A DNA stretch of 64,000 nucleotides from Octopus bimaculoides (Eukaryota): assembly GCF_001194135.2 (NCBI RefSeq), contig NC_068999.1, positions 53,647,254 through 53,711,253 of the forward strand, in the 5' to 3' direction. Under the pieces are notes generated by a model that did no database searches, was not told the DNA's origin, and was given only the letters and a program-made list of their open reading frames with translations. Within the stretch, counting starts at the first letter, position 1, and the number at the start of each line of letters is the position of its first letter. A program made the translations under genes and the position numbers. Below are positions 36,305 to 50,246 of the stretch, in pieces.

Positions 36305-38464
36305 GCATACATTATATGTAATGCATGTGTGTATACATACCCACACATACGCTTTTGTGCAACACGTTTCTTCTTCCTAATTTATTTATTTTATTTTTCA
36401 TTTCTTTTTCTTCTTTCTCCATTTAACCATTCATTTGTTCCTTTCTTTCGTTCTCTCCTTCCGCATTCTTCCCCCCCCCCNNNNNNNNNNNNNNNNNNNN
36501 NNNNNNNNNNNNNNNNNNNNNNNNNNNNNNNNNNNNNNNNNNNNNNNNNNNNNNNNNNNNNNNNNNNNNNNNNNNNNNNTTTAATTGGAAATTTAGAATT
36601 TTGTTTCTCTGTGTAATGTTTCTCTATGTACTTGTGTGTGTGTATGGATACATGTATATGTGTGTGGTGTGTTGGCGTAGGGCCTTGTGTGTATTTCAGT
36701 GCCAATCAGTATTTGTATCTTTGTGTCTATGTGACGAATACAGTTTATGTACATCAATGTGTACGTGTATATTCGAGAGAAAGAGTAGATGTGAGTATGT
36801 GCAAATGTATCTCTGTGACACTGTCTTCGTGTTTCCAGTGGTTGATTGACTACCGACATTTTGATTTTTGCTTTTTTATTAGTTGTTGTCATCTTTTGGT
36901 AGTCTTTTCTCTGTGTGTATACGTGTGTCTGTGTGTGTATGAGTCTTACCTTTTTTTTTTTTTTTGTCTAATTATTGATTTCTTTTATAGTTCAGCATAA
37001 TGCATCATATTCATTAGGGAGTGAAGGAAGATGTGGTGGAAAATGAAATTAAGAGACATTCATACCTTTCTCAAGGACATTCATGTTATAATTAAAAGAA
37101 AAATTATTACAGCTGGTCATTACCAACTCATTTATTTAATTTATTCTCAACATTAACAAAAAAGACATTCCTTTGCTCTTTAATTTTTAATTACGTGTTG
37201 ATGTGGGTTGCACAGGTCTGTAATATAATAAATTTTCATTCTGAATGTTTATGCTGTTTCTAGTTGTCTGGGAGGTCCTATGTTGTCATTGACTGATCTA
37301 AACACTATTAATGTAACTTCACCTCAGAATCACCTGTACTGCAAAAAAAAACCCCAAAAACATTACACCCTTTTCTCTCTCTCTCTCTCTCTCACTCTCT
37401 TTTTCTTTCTCTCTCACCTATACATGCGCACACACACATCATCATCGTCATCATTGCCATCATTATTTTACATCTGCTTTTCCATGCCGTCAGTAGTTGG
37501 ATGGGTCGTCAGGGACCAAATAAGTTCACATTAAGACTTTCTGACCTCTTCATTCAGTCATGGACTACATCTCACTTGTACATTCTGTTTTGGCATGTTT
37601 CCTCGAATGCTCTTCCTGCTGTCAACCACTTTACAGAATTTACTGTCTATTATCGCATGGCACCAACACTAAATATTTTCTCTTGTCCTTGGTAAGACTA
37701 AAAGAGTCCTTCCTATACTACACTGTCTCCATTCATTTGCCAACCACTTTAGAGAGAGTACTTGGGGAATTTTATTGTGAGACTGACACTAGAGAAGTTG
37801 TCTTGTCCCTGGCAAGAGTCCTTTCTACTCTCCTTTGTTTGTGTTCTACTCTTCTTTGTTTCTGATAGGTGCACATGAATGAAGACACTACAATTTCAGT
37901 TCATCTTAGCAAGATATTTATTCAATGAGTGCTCAAAGGCTCAATTGATAGTCAGGGGCATCAGAAGTTTTGGTACAACATTTTGGTGTTGCTGATTTAC
38001 CATGTGTCACTGATTCAACATTGACTTACTTGATATCAGACATTTTAATGTTTTTCTCCTCCTCTCCCTCTTTCTTTCTCTCTGTCTCTCTCATTCTCTC
38101 TATCTGCATGTGTATATTTCTGAGCATCTGTGTGTGTGTGTGTATGCATGTGCACACACCTCTGATGCCAAAATGTACTGCCGCCAAAACAGGTTGAATG
38201 TCAAGTTAGCTGTGCCAAGTTGTCAGCATCCAAATACATACACTTAATTGTCTCATTCTATCTAGTGAGTGCTATGACTTTATGTCTATTTGGATTTTTT
38301 TAAATGGAAAGAATGGACCATAAATATGCCATGTAATAAAAATATGGAATATTTCCACTGGTTATTTCTTCTAAGTGTTTTGTTAACTATACACTTCGCT
38401 TGATATCATTAAACTTAGACTACTACTCATTCATCTACAATATGTAGCTGTGATTAACATTGTG

Positions 38465-38498
<34 letters not shown>

Positions 38499-38502
<4 letters not shown>

Positions 38503-38645
38503 GGAGAATTCACAAAAAAAAACAAGACAAAGACAGGTGGTGTAGAAAACAAACAGATGTATTAGTATAACGCTCAGGAAGTGAAAAAGTCTTTAACGTT
38601 CCGACCCTACGCTCTTCCACAGAAAGAAACAAGGAGAGAAACACG

Positions 38646-38650
<5 letters not shown>
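38499..38650 (-). mobile_element. Second PLE-type terminal repeat with degenerate minimal hammerhead (38590-38627)
   Basis: Minus: UCUUU-CUGUGGA-A-GAGC(guag)GGUC-GGAA-CGUU-AAAGA; helix I perfect, core mutated. Confidence 0.45.
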
Positions 38651-38686
<36 letters not shown>

Positions 38687-38743
38687 TTTCTCTTTTATAA
38701 TATATATATATGTATAATGTATCTTTCTCTTTTTACATATATA

Positions 38744-38951
38744 CATGAGGGTATGCTACAAAGTTCCAGGCTTTAAGGGTATCATGAAAGGCCTGGTTGG
38801 AGGCCCAACCTTCCAAGGGCTTAGAAAAACTGAAGGACCACTGCAATAAATGTGTGAATCTGAGAAAGGAATATGTTGAACAAAATCATAATTAACTGTT
38901 CCACCTGTATTTTCTTTTACCCCAAACCAGAAACTTTTCAGCACCCCCTGG
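38744..38951 (+). mobile_element. mariner-derived MITE retaining the transposase C-terminus
   Basis: TA at 38742-38743 and 38952-38953; imperfect TIRs (catgagggtatgctacaaagttccaggcttt / ccagggggtgctgaaaagtttctggttt); internal KLKDHCNKCVNLRKEYVEQ resembles mariner RWxKCVxxxGxYVE. Confidence 0.75.
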
Positions 38952-39255
38952 TATGTGTGTGTGTGAGTATGTTGGGGGACAGGAAGGATGAGAGCCCAGA
39001 AGCAAAAGGATATGATGTCACTGCAAGAGTTGGCAGGTTCAAACGAATCTCTTTCTTGCATGTGGGTTGTGAGTAGTGTACATGTGCTGGGAATGATCTG
39101 AGGGTAATAGCTCTTTCTGGCCAGAGCTTGGGTGGAGGACATGTCTGGCTATGACACTTAAGTCATACCTGGTCCTTGTGACCTGAGGCTTGGAGGGACC
39201 AGTGTCGATTGCATCTCGAAGTAGTATATATATATATATGTGTGCATGTGTGTGA

Positions 39256-39303
<48 letters not shown>

Positions 39304-39849
39304 NNNNNNNNNNNNNNNNNNNNNNNNNNNNNNNNNNNNNNNNNNNNNNNNNNNNNNNNNNNNNNNNNNNNNNNNNNNNNNNNNNNNNNNNNNNNNNNNN
39401 NNNNNNNNNNNNNNNNNNNNNNNNNNNNNNNNNNNNNNNNNNNNNNNNNNNNNNNNNNNNNNNNNNNNNNNNNNNNNNNNNNNNNNNNNNNNNNNNNNNN
39501 NNNNNNNNNNNNNNNNNNNNNNNNNNNNNNNNNNNNNNNNNNNNNNNNNNNNNNNNNNNNNNNNNNNNNNNNNNNNNNNNNNNNNNNNNNNNTTCCTGCT
39601 TAACACAAACTTTTAACCCTTTTTTAAACCTAACACAACTCTCAATTCTCATGCATCCTTATTTTTCCAACCATTATCTACATGAATTACCATTGAAGTT
39701 CAAAAGCTCAAAGACAATATAATGTATTGGTATGGTTATTTTTTTATATATTATTTTTTTAATATATATTATTTTCTTCATTTTGTACTTCTTTGTAAAA
39801 AACATTTTCATTCTCCTTCTTGAAAATTTGCTTCACAATGAAAGCCGGT

Positions 39850-40200
39850 TAGAAGAGCTAGATCCAGGAAGACATTGGAAAAGCATGATCTTTGAATGTT
39901 GGGCCGCATGGAGGTGATGACAAGTGACCGAGACCTTTGGCGATATGCTGTGCTTGAGAAAACACATCATGCCAAGTGAAATTGTAGTCATGGCTGATGC
40001 TGGTGTTACATAACTGGCACCTGTGCCAGTAACACGTAAAATGCACCCATTACACTCCTGGAGTGGTTGGCATTAGGATGAGCATCCAACCATAGAGACC
40101 ATGTCAAATCGGACTTGAAACTATTGCAGTGTCTCCAAATATGAAATCTTGAACAATATTAAACAGGCCAATCCAAGCCAGCATAGAAGGGGGATGTAAA
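39850..40200 (+). mobile_element. RTE LINE extreme 3' end with 3'UTR
   Basis: MTSDRDLWRYAVLEKT followed by a UTR containing GAGTGGTTGGCATTAGG...CATCCAACCATAGAGACC. Confidence 0.7.
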
Positions 40201-40607
40201 CAATATATTGTTGATGTTGATGATAATAACACTAAATATAAGGCAGTAATTTAAACAAAATATTTTCTTATAATTACAGCAATGGAAGCTGTAATTTTTC
40301 AACACATTTTTATTAATTGTATTAAAAATGTGTTATTTATCCTTTACACTGGCTGATATGGTTCTGGGAATAACTCTATAAATAATTCTCCTTCCCTTTA
40401 TGTCCAAAGCATGTTTTTATATCATTTAATGGTTAATCTAGATGTGACATGATGTATACTGGGGTCATGGGCAGACCAAGGGAGAAAAAAGACTTTGTAT
40501 GTTATAGATGCACAAGAGCTCTTAGCAATAACAGCACCCATGAAATAGATTCCCTCAAAAGTTCAGAAGGTTCCCTAAAAGTAGATGATAGCTTCTAATA
40601 CCTAGGT

Positions 40608-40886
40608 CAATAGAACTCAACCATTTTTGCATATTGGACCAGTTTCATGCAAGACAATTTTTTCACTGCTCAGGGTATCACATGCATAATAAGATACAAT
40701 AAAGTGCATAATATATAATTTAATAATTATGTATATAATACATATACATTACATATGCAGTACATAATTAATGCAAAAACACTGCAGACTGTGATAAAAT
40801 TTTGAAAGTTATTCTTTCTGTGCAGCTCAGTATGAAATGATTCATGGCCTGGTGCAGCTTCAAGGCTCAGTGGCTGGGGACCCCTG
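40608..40886. mobile_element. hAT MITE with intact 8-bp TSD ACCTAGGT
   Basis: TSD at 40600-40607 and 40887-40894; right TIR GGCTGGGGACCCCTG; left TIR degenerate. Confidence 0.7.
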
Positions 40887-41084
40887 ACCTAGGTGACCTA
40901 ATTATAATAGGTGCCAGAGTAAGAAGAACAAGGCAGAAATGGTTCAGAGAGCTGTGATTTTGCATGCAACAAAACAGTTCTCTCTTCAAATGAAGGGCAG
41001 ATTACATGATGCATGCATATGAAGTGTAATATTGCATGGTTGTGAAGATTGCATATCAATGCAGAATAAGGCAAGCATGCTCTG

Positions 41085-41330
41085 GTAGATGTGTAATCTT
41101 AGTGAAAATGAACAATGGAATACTAATGAGCTGAGAGAAAAACTGGATATGATGGGTACTTCCTATAGTGAAGAAGAGAAGAGACTGCTCTGTCACAATC
41201 ACCTAATGCAGGTGGATGATGACAGGTAAAAAAAGTGTCATGGAAGAAGTGGTGAAGGCTGATCACAAGAAGTTGAATATTATGAAGATGATGACAGATG
41301 ACAGCAAGCTGCAAAATTCTGCACAAAAGA
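41085..41330 (+). mobile_element. Old RTE-like 3' coding remnant
   Basis: tgtgtaatcttagtg...gagctgagagaaaaactgg...gaagagaagagactg aligns with the RTE copy at 51360-51480. Confidence 0.5.
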
Positions 41331-42232
41331 AGAATCATCCAATCCATGCATGCATGGAAAAGCAGATCTAAAAATGATGACGATAATAAAAATAGATTGA
41401 TAGATAGGAACATGTGAAGACCAGTGATGAAAGAAACAATAAACATGGAAAACATGTACTATGAAGTTAAATTAATTTATTGATTGAGTGTGTATTTCCA
41501 TGTGTACATGTGGTATGGAGTGGTGTGTGTGTGTGTGTGTACTTCAGCGAAGGGTTTCCATTTATTCATCTCATTATTGATAGCTGCAAAATTAATTAGA
41601 TCTCTGTTTGTTTGGAAGAAATTAACACGAAACACACTGTGGTTTTAGTGAACAGGGTAGGGTAGTTTGATGCAGATTATTTCTCAATTGCTTTCATTAT
41701 TATTACAAGACCATCACCCCCCACCACCACCAGCATCCCTACCACCATCACCACTTATCACTATTAGCTTTAATTGTTGGTGTTGTTGCTATCATTATCA
41801 TCATCATCGTCATCTCATTATACACTTCGTATGCACATTATTAATACAATTATATCTAGTAGAGAATATTTTTATCAATTGATACACCCCACTCATATAT
41901 TGGAGATTTTGTTTTTTTCTTTCTGACATTTATTGACTTCATTTTTCATGTAACCAACAGTTTGGTTAATCTCTCAGACTTCATTGGGCAACTTTGACCG
42001 CTGATGGATAAACATGTCAAAGAAAGTTTGCTTTACTAATTACAGACTGCTAAATAAAGAGGCCCGACTTTGTAGTTAAGAAACTCACTTTTCAACCACA
42101 TGGTTTTGAATTCAGTCCCACTGCATGGCATCTTGGGCAAGTGTCTTCAACTATAGGCTCAGGACAATCAATGCCTCGTGAGTGAATTTGGTAGATGGAA
42201 ACTGTGGAAGCTTGTTGTGTGGGCATGTGTAT

Positions 42233-42316
<84 letters not shown>

Positions 42317-43344
42317 TATATGATATGATGGACTCCTGTCAAAGATGATGAATGTGCATTCAGCTTTTGCTGAACAACCTGCACAAATGATTTGTTTATA
42401 GTGATCAAATGCTCATGTAACACATTAGCTCACTCTCTCCATCAAATCAATGTTGTTTGAACAGATGCACTATGTACCACACAGGTGTTGAAGTGATCAC
42501 AGCACAAAGTGAGAGGGAAGTATTTTGCTCAAGAACACAATGCACCAATATATATATATATATGTTTGTATGTACCCATGCGCACAAATACAAATTTCTT
42601 GATACCTATGACATGGTTGTTCAGTTGCTTTAGTTCATTGGTGTCTGTGGAAGCCAACTGAGACTAATGTTTCACTTGCTGACCTGACTGGCTTCCTCCT
42701 TGGAATTGTAGTTGTTGTAGATCCACCCCAACTGAACATGTGTCTATGATCAAAGTCTTCTGTCTTCTTTTCTTTATAATTCCATTCATAACAAGATCCC
42801 CTGGCTTTCATCCCTCTCATACCAATAAAATACAAATAAAATAAACCACCAGTCAACTACTAGAGTTGATATAATTGACAAACTCCCACCTCTCAAGACT
42901 GTTGGCCTTGTGCCTAAATTAGAAAGAATTATTATTAATTATCTTGTTTAACACAGCAACATCACTGGAGAATGTAACAAAGTGTCAGCTGTCTGCAACT
43001 AGTGGACTAAGTTAAACTTTTCATTCAGATTCTGCAAACTCTGTAGAGGATTTGTGCAGTATCAAACAACAGTTTTCTGTAGATATTCTATCTTCACATG
43101 TACACCTATCTTTTCAATCTTGTTTGTGAGCTTGATACTTTAACAACAGGTACAACACTCACTTTCTTCAATGACCACAGTCTTTTTACTTCCCCACTTC
43201 AAATCACATCTGACTTGTGTCTCTTCTTTTTCTTTTCTTTCTTATGCTGTTTTTCATTCAGCACTAGGGCATACAATAATCTATGATTAAACACGTTCTT
43301 TCCTTCTCTATTCACAACTTTTATTTTCCTTCTTTATTCATATA

Positions 43345-43865
43345 AGTGCAGGAGTGGCTGTGTGGTAAGAAGCTTGCTTCCCAATCACATGGTTCTGGAT
43401 TCAGTCCAATTGCGTGGTATCTTGGGCAAGTGTCTTCTATGATAGCTTGGTCCGACCAAAGCCTTGTGAGTGGATTTGGTAGATGGAAACTGAAAGAAGC
43501 CTGTCATATATATATATATGTATATATCTAAGTGTGTGTGTCTTTACGTCTGTGTTTGTACCCCATCACCACTTGACAATCAGTGTTGGTGTGTTTACAT
43601 CCCCGTAACTTAGTGGTTCAGCAAAAAGAGACCAATAGAATAAGTACGAGGCTTAACAAAAATAAGTACTGGGTTGATTCATTTGACTAAAAAAATTTTG
43701 CAAGGTGGTGCCCCAGTCAAATGAATGGAGCAAGTAAAAGAGGTTGACTTTGCCTTTCATCTTTTTAGGATTGAGAAAAAAGTACCTGTTGAGTACTGAG
43801 GGTTAATGTGATTGACCAGCCCCCTAACCCCAAAATTTCAGGCCTTGTGCTTATAGTAGAAAGGA
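43345..43865 (+). mobile_element. Near full-length SINE A (43345-43740) immediately followed by the 3' half of SINE B
   Basis: Head, (TA)n/(TG)n and tail intact; then GTTGACTTTGCCTTTCATC...GGCCTTGTGCTTATAGTAGAAAG. Confidence 0.8.
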
Positions 43866-45186
43866 TCAACAGCAGCAGCAGCAATAGTCATAGTAATTAT
43901 AATTGTAATACTATATTGCTGAAGACTAAGTCATATTTAGTCCTAGCAATAACATTTGTAAATTCTTTCCTTTTCCATCAAACTCAGATAAAAAACAAGT
44001 TTTTCCTTGTACCATAATGCAATAATACTTTGTGAGTAAAAGGTGTCAGCAACTTGAACCATCCATAATTACTTTGTATCTGTTTAGCCAATAGGTGGTT
44101 GCTCAACCTGCTTGAAATAGCAGTCAAATTTCCATTTTATCACACCCTACTCTCATAAAGAAAAAGAATACATTAGATATCCCTAAAACGATGGGCTAGT
44201 TAGAGTTTACATACTTTTATTAGAATGTCTGCTAACTCATGGTTGACCCGGGGCTAAAGAATAACAAATCTATATCTGAATATTTGAGAATTTAAACAAA
44301 AGAAAAATGAAAATTTTAAAACTGATAAAAAAAGTAAGATTTTATTGGTTTATCTTACCCATTTATTGTTAAAACCACTTATTTTATATTGATAAAAGGT
44401 ATTATCCCTTGATAAGTGAGTTTATCTACTATAGATAATACCAATAGTTTTGGCTGTTATAGAAAATTCGGATGACTCCTTTAGTTTAAACTCACAATAA
44501 TGGAATCTGTGGTTCTATTCCTATATAATCTTATTTTCTATTCTGAGTAATATTTCATATACATTCAAAATAATATTGATTAGTTGAAGTATTGATTATT
44601 ATAATTAATAAATTTTCTAAATAAATGTGGATATTTTGATCAAAGCAAGAATAATAAAACTTTCTTTTGACCAGAGATTTATGAAAAAAAAAATCAATAA
44701 TTTTTCTTTTCTTGTTATTCAATTCCTTAAATTGGTGACAGCTTCAAGAAGAAGTTTGTTTTGTGAAAGCTTCATTTTGCAAAACTCTCTTTTGTGAAGG
44801 CCTGTTTCATTTCCTTTCAAACTTTGAAGAATATTTACTGAAATTATGCAAGCATGGCTGTGTGGTCAAGAAGCTCACTTTGCAACCACATGGTTTTGGG
44901 TTCAGTTCCACTGCATGACAATTTTGGTAAGAGTCAGACTCAAAATACAATAGTTGCATTTTTTGAGTCTGATTGGTTGCCTGAAAACAGATGTCTTACT
45001 ATACAACTTTGTCCAACCATTATGTTTTCAGAGGCATGAAACTAATAGCAACTTGCATTTAAATCTTGGGTGTATTAAATATTTATCTCTTACTGGATGG
45101 AGTACATTTTTTTCATCCCATTGTTAGATTAAATGCCTTGTATTTCTTTGTTACAATACTTTATTTTTAGCAGAACTCAGGTTTAA

Positions 45187-45433
45187 TCACCCCATTAAAC
45201 CCTCGTAACTTTTTTATCTTTTGGAATTTTCAGAAAATTTTTATGTGTTTGCGTTCTAGACACAGGAATTCATAATGATATCAGGTGGTCATGAAATGTG
45301 CTAAGAACAACAGATAAATCACCTTTAAATCACACACAAATAAAAAGTCTTTTTTTCCATAATTGTATGAATTCCCATGTGTAGAATACAAATTTGCAAA
45401 AAATAAAATGTTATGAGGGTTTATATGGGATGT
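45187..45433. mobile_element. MITE-like palindromic element flanked by TTAA
   Basis: CCCAT.TAAACCCTC.TAAC and TTCTA.ACA..GGAATTCATA occur in both arms in inverted orientation. Confidence 0.5.
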
Positions 45434-45811
45434 TTAACCCAGAATTCTGTCTTATTTTTAAACTGCAAGTTCAGCAAGCAAACGAGGGAGATGGTTTGCT
45501 AGAAAAAGACATACACATATACATGCAGACAAGCCCATAACTGCACAAACATTAGTCATCTACAAACACGTCAGAAATAATTCTACCACTGTCATCATAA
45601 CTAATTAATGGATATAGTCATCAGTCTTGTTGTGTTGAGATTATCTCTAGAATCAATAAGCACTAATACCTCAGATAATCTCACCATCTTAAACCAATCA
45701 CATAAACAGATGTGTTTTTGCTTCCTGTTTATTTATCTATTTTGTCTTGTTTTATATTTCAAAACACATACACACATACATTAGTAACGAACTAAATGAA
45801 TTGAGTACTCA

Positions 45812-45842
<31 letters not shown>

Positions 45843-48102
45843 GGTTCTTTTTATTCTTACTTGTTACTTTGGAGGAAGGTGGTATTGCCCATGACTCTTG
45901 CAGGCTGTCAGAGTGAACTGTTATATGCGTGTTATTGTGCCAATAAAAAAACACCCAGTATACTTTGTGATGTGGTTGGCATTAGGAAGGGCATCTAGCT
46001 GTAGAAACCATGCCAAAGCAAATATAGGAGCTCAGCACAGCCCTCTGGTGTCAGTTCCTGTTGACCTGTCCAACCTATACTAGTGTGAGAAAAGGGACAT
46101 TAAATGAAAATTGATATATGTGAAAATATGTGTGTGTCTGTATGTTTATGTGTATGCACTTCCTCTTTATTAGTGAAAACATTATTTGAAAAGAAATGTG
46201 AAGAGAAAATATCTAAACATGTTATTGAAATTTTCAGTTAAAATATTCAATTGAAACTGTCTATTATGGAAATTGTAGAGCAGTTTAAGACTGAGTAAAA
46301 TGGTTGTATGAGGCACAGGGGAAGTGTAGTAGTGATGTTGCAAGAATGAATAGTTTCCCTTTTGGTTTGTTGAATGACATATCAAAAGGAGATGTTAACT
46401 CAACTAAGCTAAATATGTGTCGGCAGTGTTAATTTTTGACATTTTTGGTTTTTCTTATAAAGTGTTTATCACATTAAATATTCTTGCTCCTCCATGGTAG
46501 AAATATCTTTAGTTTAACAACACACTGAAGAGTATTCTTGAACTGTTTCGTTTAACTTATTGACTGTTTAAGCTAGGTTAGTTTGGTTTGGTTTGGTAAG
46601 TTTGCTAATGAGGGCAGTGCTAAGAAATTTCATCATTATTCTTGGTGTTCAATATATATTTTCATATTGGCGCAGGTTTTGCAGCTGAAGTTTCTTCTTT
46701 GCTTTGTATTTGTATCTCATTACTGGATGTGGGTTTAAACATGCTTAACTACAAACTGCAAAGCCTTATTAGATCAAATACAGTTTTTGTTGTATTTTGC
46801 TCCTTAGGCAAGCAACATCATTTGATTTAGTTACTGAGCTGAAAACTAGATGCTATCAATTATAGTTCACAGTTGAGTGATTAGTATATACAAGCTGCAT
46901 CCAACCATAAAAACACTTTTGACAATAATTCATATACAAATATTTGATGTATGTCATGTGTGTAGCTCTGTACCCGTGAAAACAAAACAAAAAGCCTGTA
47001 AAGAAAACAGAACCTTTTAATGACCCTATTTTTGTAATTCAGTTCTCATTTGTAATGTCTCTTTTTATTCAGTTTTCTTTTGAATCTACTCTATTCTAAT
47101 TAGCACTGATCTGTGAACATTTGTTTGCTCAGTTTGCGTATATTTCCAGTAAGTATTTTAGTCCTTTCTTTTTGTTTCCAAATAGGGAGTAACGGTTTTA
47201 TTAGAAATAGTGCATGATTTCTTTCTCTCTCTCTCTCTCTTTAATTTTTCTTTCTTTCCCTTCTTTTCCCCTTTGTCTCTCCTTCTTTCTTTCATTCTAC
47301 TTTCTTCCTTCCTTCCTTTCTCTGTACTTCTTTCTTTCTTTTATTGCTGGGGAGGGGGTCATACCTGAAGAGAGATATAATTTTAGGAGTGGAGTGAAAA
47401 ATGAAAGAAGTTTAAGCATTTTCAAACCATACTAGTTGAGGTCCCCTCAGTTTTTCAGTTAGAAACCTGTTTATTTTTAAAGTGTTCATATTCAAATTAA
47501 AAGCCATCTATCATAATTTCATTAAAGAACCTATTGTTAAGTTGTGGTCCAAACACCAGCTTAAAACATTAGTTGACACAAACATAAAAGAAGCTGCATA
47601 TTTTGTGAAACTCCTTCAAAATATTGACTGCTTTCAAGATTAATTTGAATTTAGATCTGTTTTCCATTTAAGTATAGGCACTAAAAGGCTAAAGAAACGA
47701 TGACCTGCTTTTAACACAATAAAACAGATTGTCTGCTTGCATGAGGGTAGGATGTGAAATATGGGAGTGTGAGAGCTTAAAGGCTGAATTGTTAGGGTAA
47801 CTGTTGAAGGATTAATATTACTTGTTCAATCATTTACATTTACAACTCTAACTGACCTTATCCACCTAACTGTAAGCTTTATAAACAGGTACAACTGATA
47901 ATTGTAACCAGTGCAGGGTGCATGCATAATGCAATTGCTGAATACTTTGTACTGAGTGAAAATGCACTGAGTAAGAATATCCTGTCATTGTGCGGTATCT
48001 GGGGCAACAGATGTCTTTCAACAGTTTAATGTCAGGATAAAAAAAAACAAAGCCAAAAAACTTGAAAAGCTGGGGTATGCTTCAGCACACAACACTTTAG
48101 AG

Positions 48103-48517
48103 CAGTGGTTTTCAACCAGGGTCTACATAAGATTTTATTGTTAAAATTTATCTGCAATAAATTGGTTATACTGGCTGTGTGGTAAGAAGCTTGCTTCCCA
48201 ATCATGTAGTTCTAGGTTCAGTCCCACTGTGTGGCACCTTGAGCAAGTGTCTTCTACTATAACCTCCCTTCAAAGTGGTGCTCCAGCATGGCCACAGTCA
48301 AATGACTGAAACAAGTAAAAGAATAAAAAACTAATATACAAAATATTTTAACAGTTTATTTTTAATACAATTCCTAATATTTAATTATAACGTTGATTGT
48401 TAATTTAAACGTTGATTGTTAATTTAAACGTTGAATGTTTATAAGGGTCCAGCAGTGTCCAGTCGAGTAAAATAGGAAGAAAGGAATCCATTGGCAAAAA
48501 ATGGTTGAGAAGCTCTG
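48103..48517 (+). mobile_element. hAT MITE with 8-bp TSD CTTTAGAG and a nested, deleted SINE A (48172-48330)
   Basis: TSD at 48095-48102 and 48518-48525; TIRs CAGTGGTTTTCAACC / GGTTGAGAAGCTCTG. Confidence 0.8.
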
Positions 48518-48784
48518 CTTTAGAGTAACAGATCAACAAAGGAGTTTTTATGCTTTCATTTAACCCTTTAGAAATAATAGCAAAATCTCCTTCAAATTGT
48601 ACCCTACTAACTTATAAAAGGACAAACACATTTGATAATGCAATCCTAGATAGATACGTAACACCTGAACAAAAAACACCAGATAGCCATGGTTAAAATA
48701 TTGTTTGATCATGTCTGCTGGACTGGAGATGACCTGGGTGTAAACAAGAAAGGCTATGTACTAATGGGTAGATAAAAAGGGTGC

Positions 48785-48970
48785 AGTGGGTTGGAGGAGG
48801 AAAAATTGAGAAATAGATTAAACATAATTGAAACAGTTGTGTGAGGTAGACATAGCTAAACTGGTGTAGTCATGTGATATACATGGATGATCCATGATGG
48901 ATGGAGGAAGCTGCTTCAGCAAGGGACAGATGGTCACAAAAGCAAGGATGAAGTTATGGAAGACCTGCTG
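48785..48970 (+). mobile_element. Old RTE-like 3' coding remnant
   Basis: gagaaatagattaaac...aaactggtgtagtcatgtgatatacatggatgat, a degenerate RLxWxxHVxxMD segment. Confidence 0.4.
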
Positions 48971-49093
48971 TTGTTGTTTTTGTTGTTGTTGTGGTGGTGG
49001 TGGTGGTGGAAACAATGGATCAATAGATCAGGCCTTAGAATTATAGTCATCACAGAAATATGATAATGATGATGATGAGGGTCATCAAATGAA

Positions 49094-49200
<107 letters not shown>

Positions 49201-49666
49201 TAAAATAGATTATAAAACAACAAAAGCTTAAGTGAATGGTTACTGTGTGAGATCAAAGAAGTAATTATATATTTGATGGTCAGATTTGATGGGTGATTTC
49301 ATGTAGATCATTGATTGAATGTTGAAGACTTGCTGCAAGGAAACGTAGACTTGAAACTCATGATGATGACAGTGACGACGACAATGATGATGATGATGAT
49401 GATGATAATGTTGATGATGTTGATGATAATGGTGGTGGTGAATGTGGTGGTGACAATGACAGCGATAACTATGATGTTATGATAAAGATGACAACAGCAG
49501 CTGTGAAAGTATGAAGTGGGGCAGGGTCAGTAACTCTCCTGTTATTACTGTGTTTGCTGCTGATGCTGTTGTTGGGGGGGGGGTGATGGTGGTGGTTGTG
49601 ATGGTTTATGTTTGGCATCTTGCAATATATAATTTTAATTTTTTCTTCTGGTAGTCTCAAATTTCA

Positions 49667-49730
<64 letters not shown>

Positions 49731-50079
49731 CCTCTCCTTCCTCTCTCTTTTTAATACTCGAAGGGAATGGCATAGTTATGAACAGCACTGAAACTGTATT
49801 AGAATGAGTTAACAAGATAGCAGAAAGTGTCAATGGGGTTACTCAACCTGCTAGAAATAGCATCTAAATTCCCCTAAAATTACACCCTTAAAGGAAGAAG
49901 GAGACATTAGATAATTTAGCCATAGATATACTGTAGCTAAATAAAAATTGGATTGTCACAGTTGAAGTGTTTTTGTCTATAGACCTGTTTGATCATGTTT
50001 GATATGGAGCAACACAACAATTATTATATTAGAAGCTAAAATACAAAGTAAAATAGTTTCTGAATTTAAATCCTGTATG

Positions 50080-50203
50080 TCATAAGAAGTTTGCTTCCCA
50101 ACCACATGGTTCTGGGTTGAGTCCCACTGCATGACACCTTAGTCCCAGGATGACCAATGCCTTGATAGTGGATTTGGTTGAAGGAAACTGAAAAGAGCAC
50201 GTC

Positions 50204-50246
<43 letters not shown>

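Larger units (their letters stand above)
5849..39592. other. Assembly gaps (six separate N-runs within this span)
   Basis: 5849-5858, 9426-9627, 12324-12523, 25427-25575, 36481-36579 and 39304-39592; most abut microsatellites. Confidence 0.99.

Noticed and set aside
9228-39722. ORFs spanning N-gaps or (TA)n/(CA)n/(TG)n tracts (IY, HT, CV repeats)
   Set aside because: Artefacts of gaps and dinucleotide repeats
44330-44700. AT-rich stretch with a mitochondrial-like texture (possible NUMT)
   Set aside because: Only scattered residue matches to COX3/COX2 with many stops under the mitochondrial code; cannot be supported without an alignment
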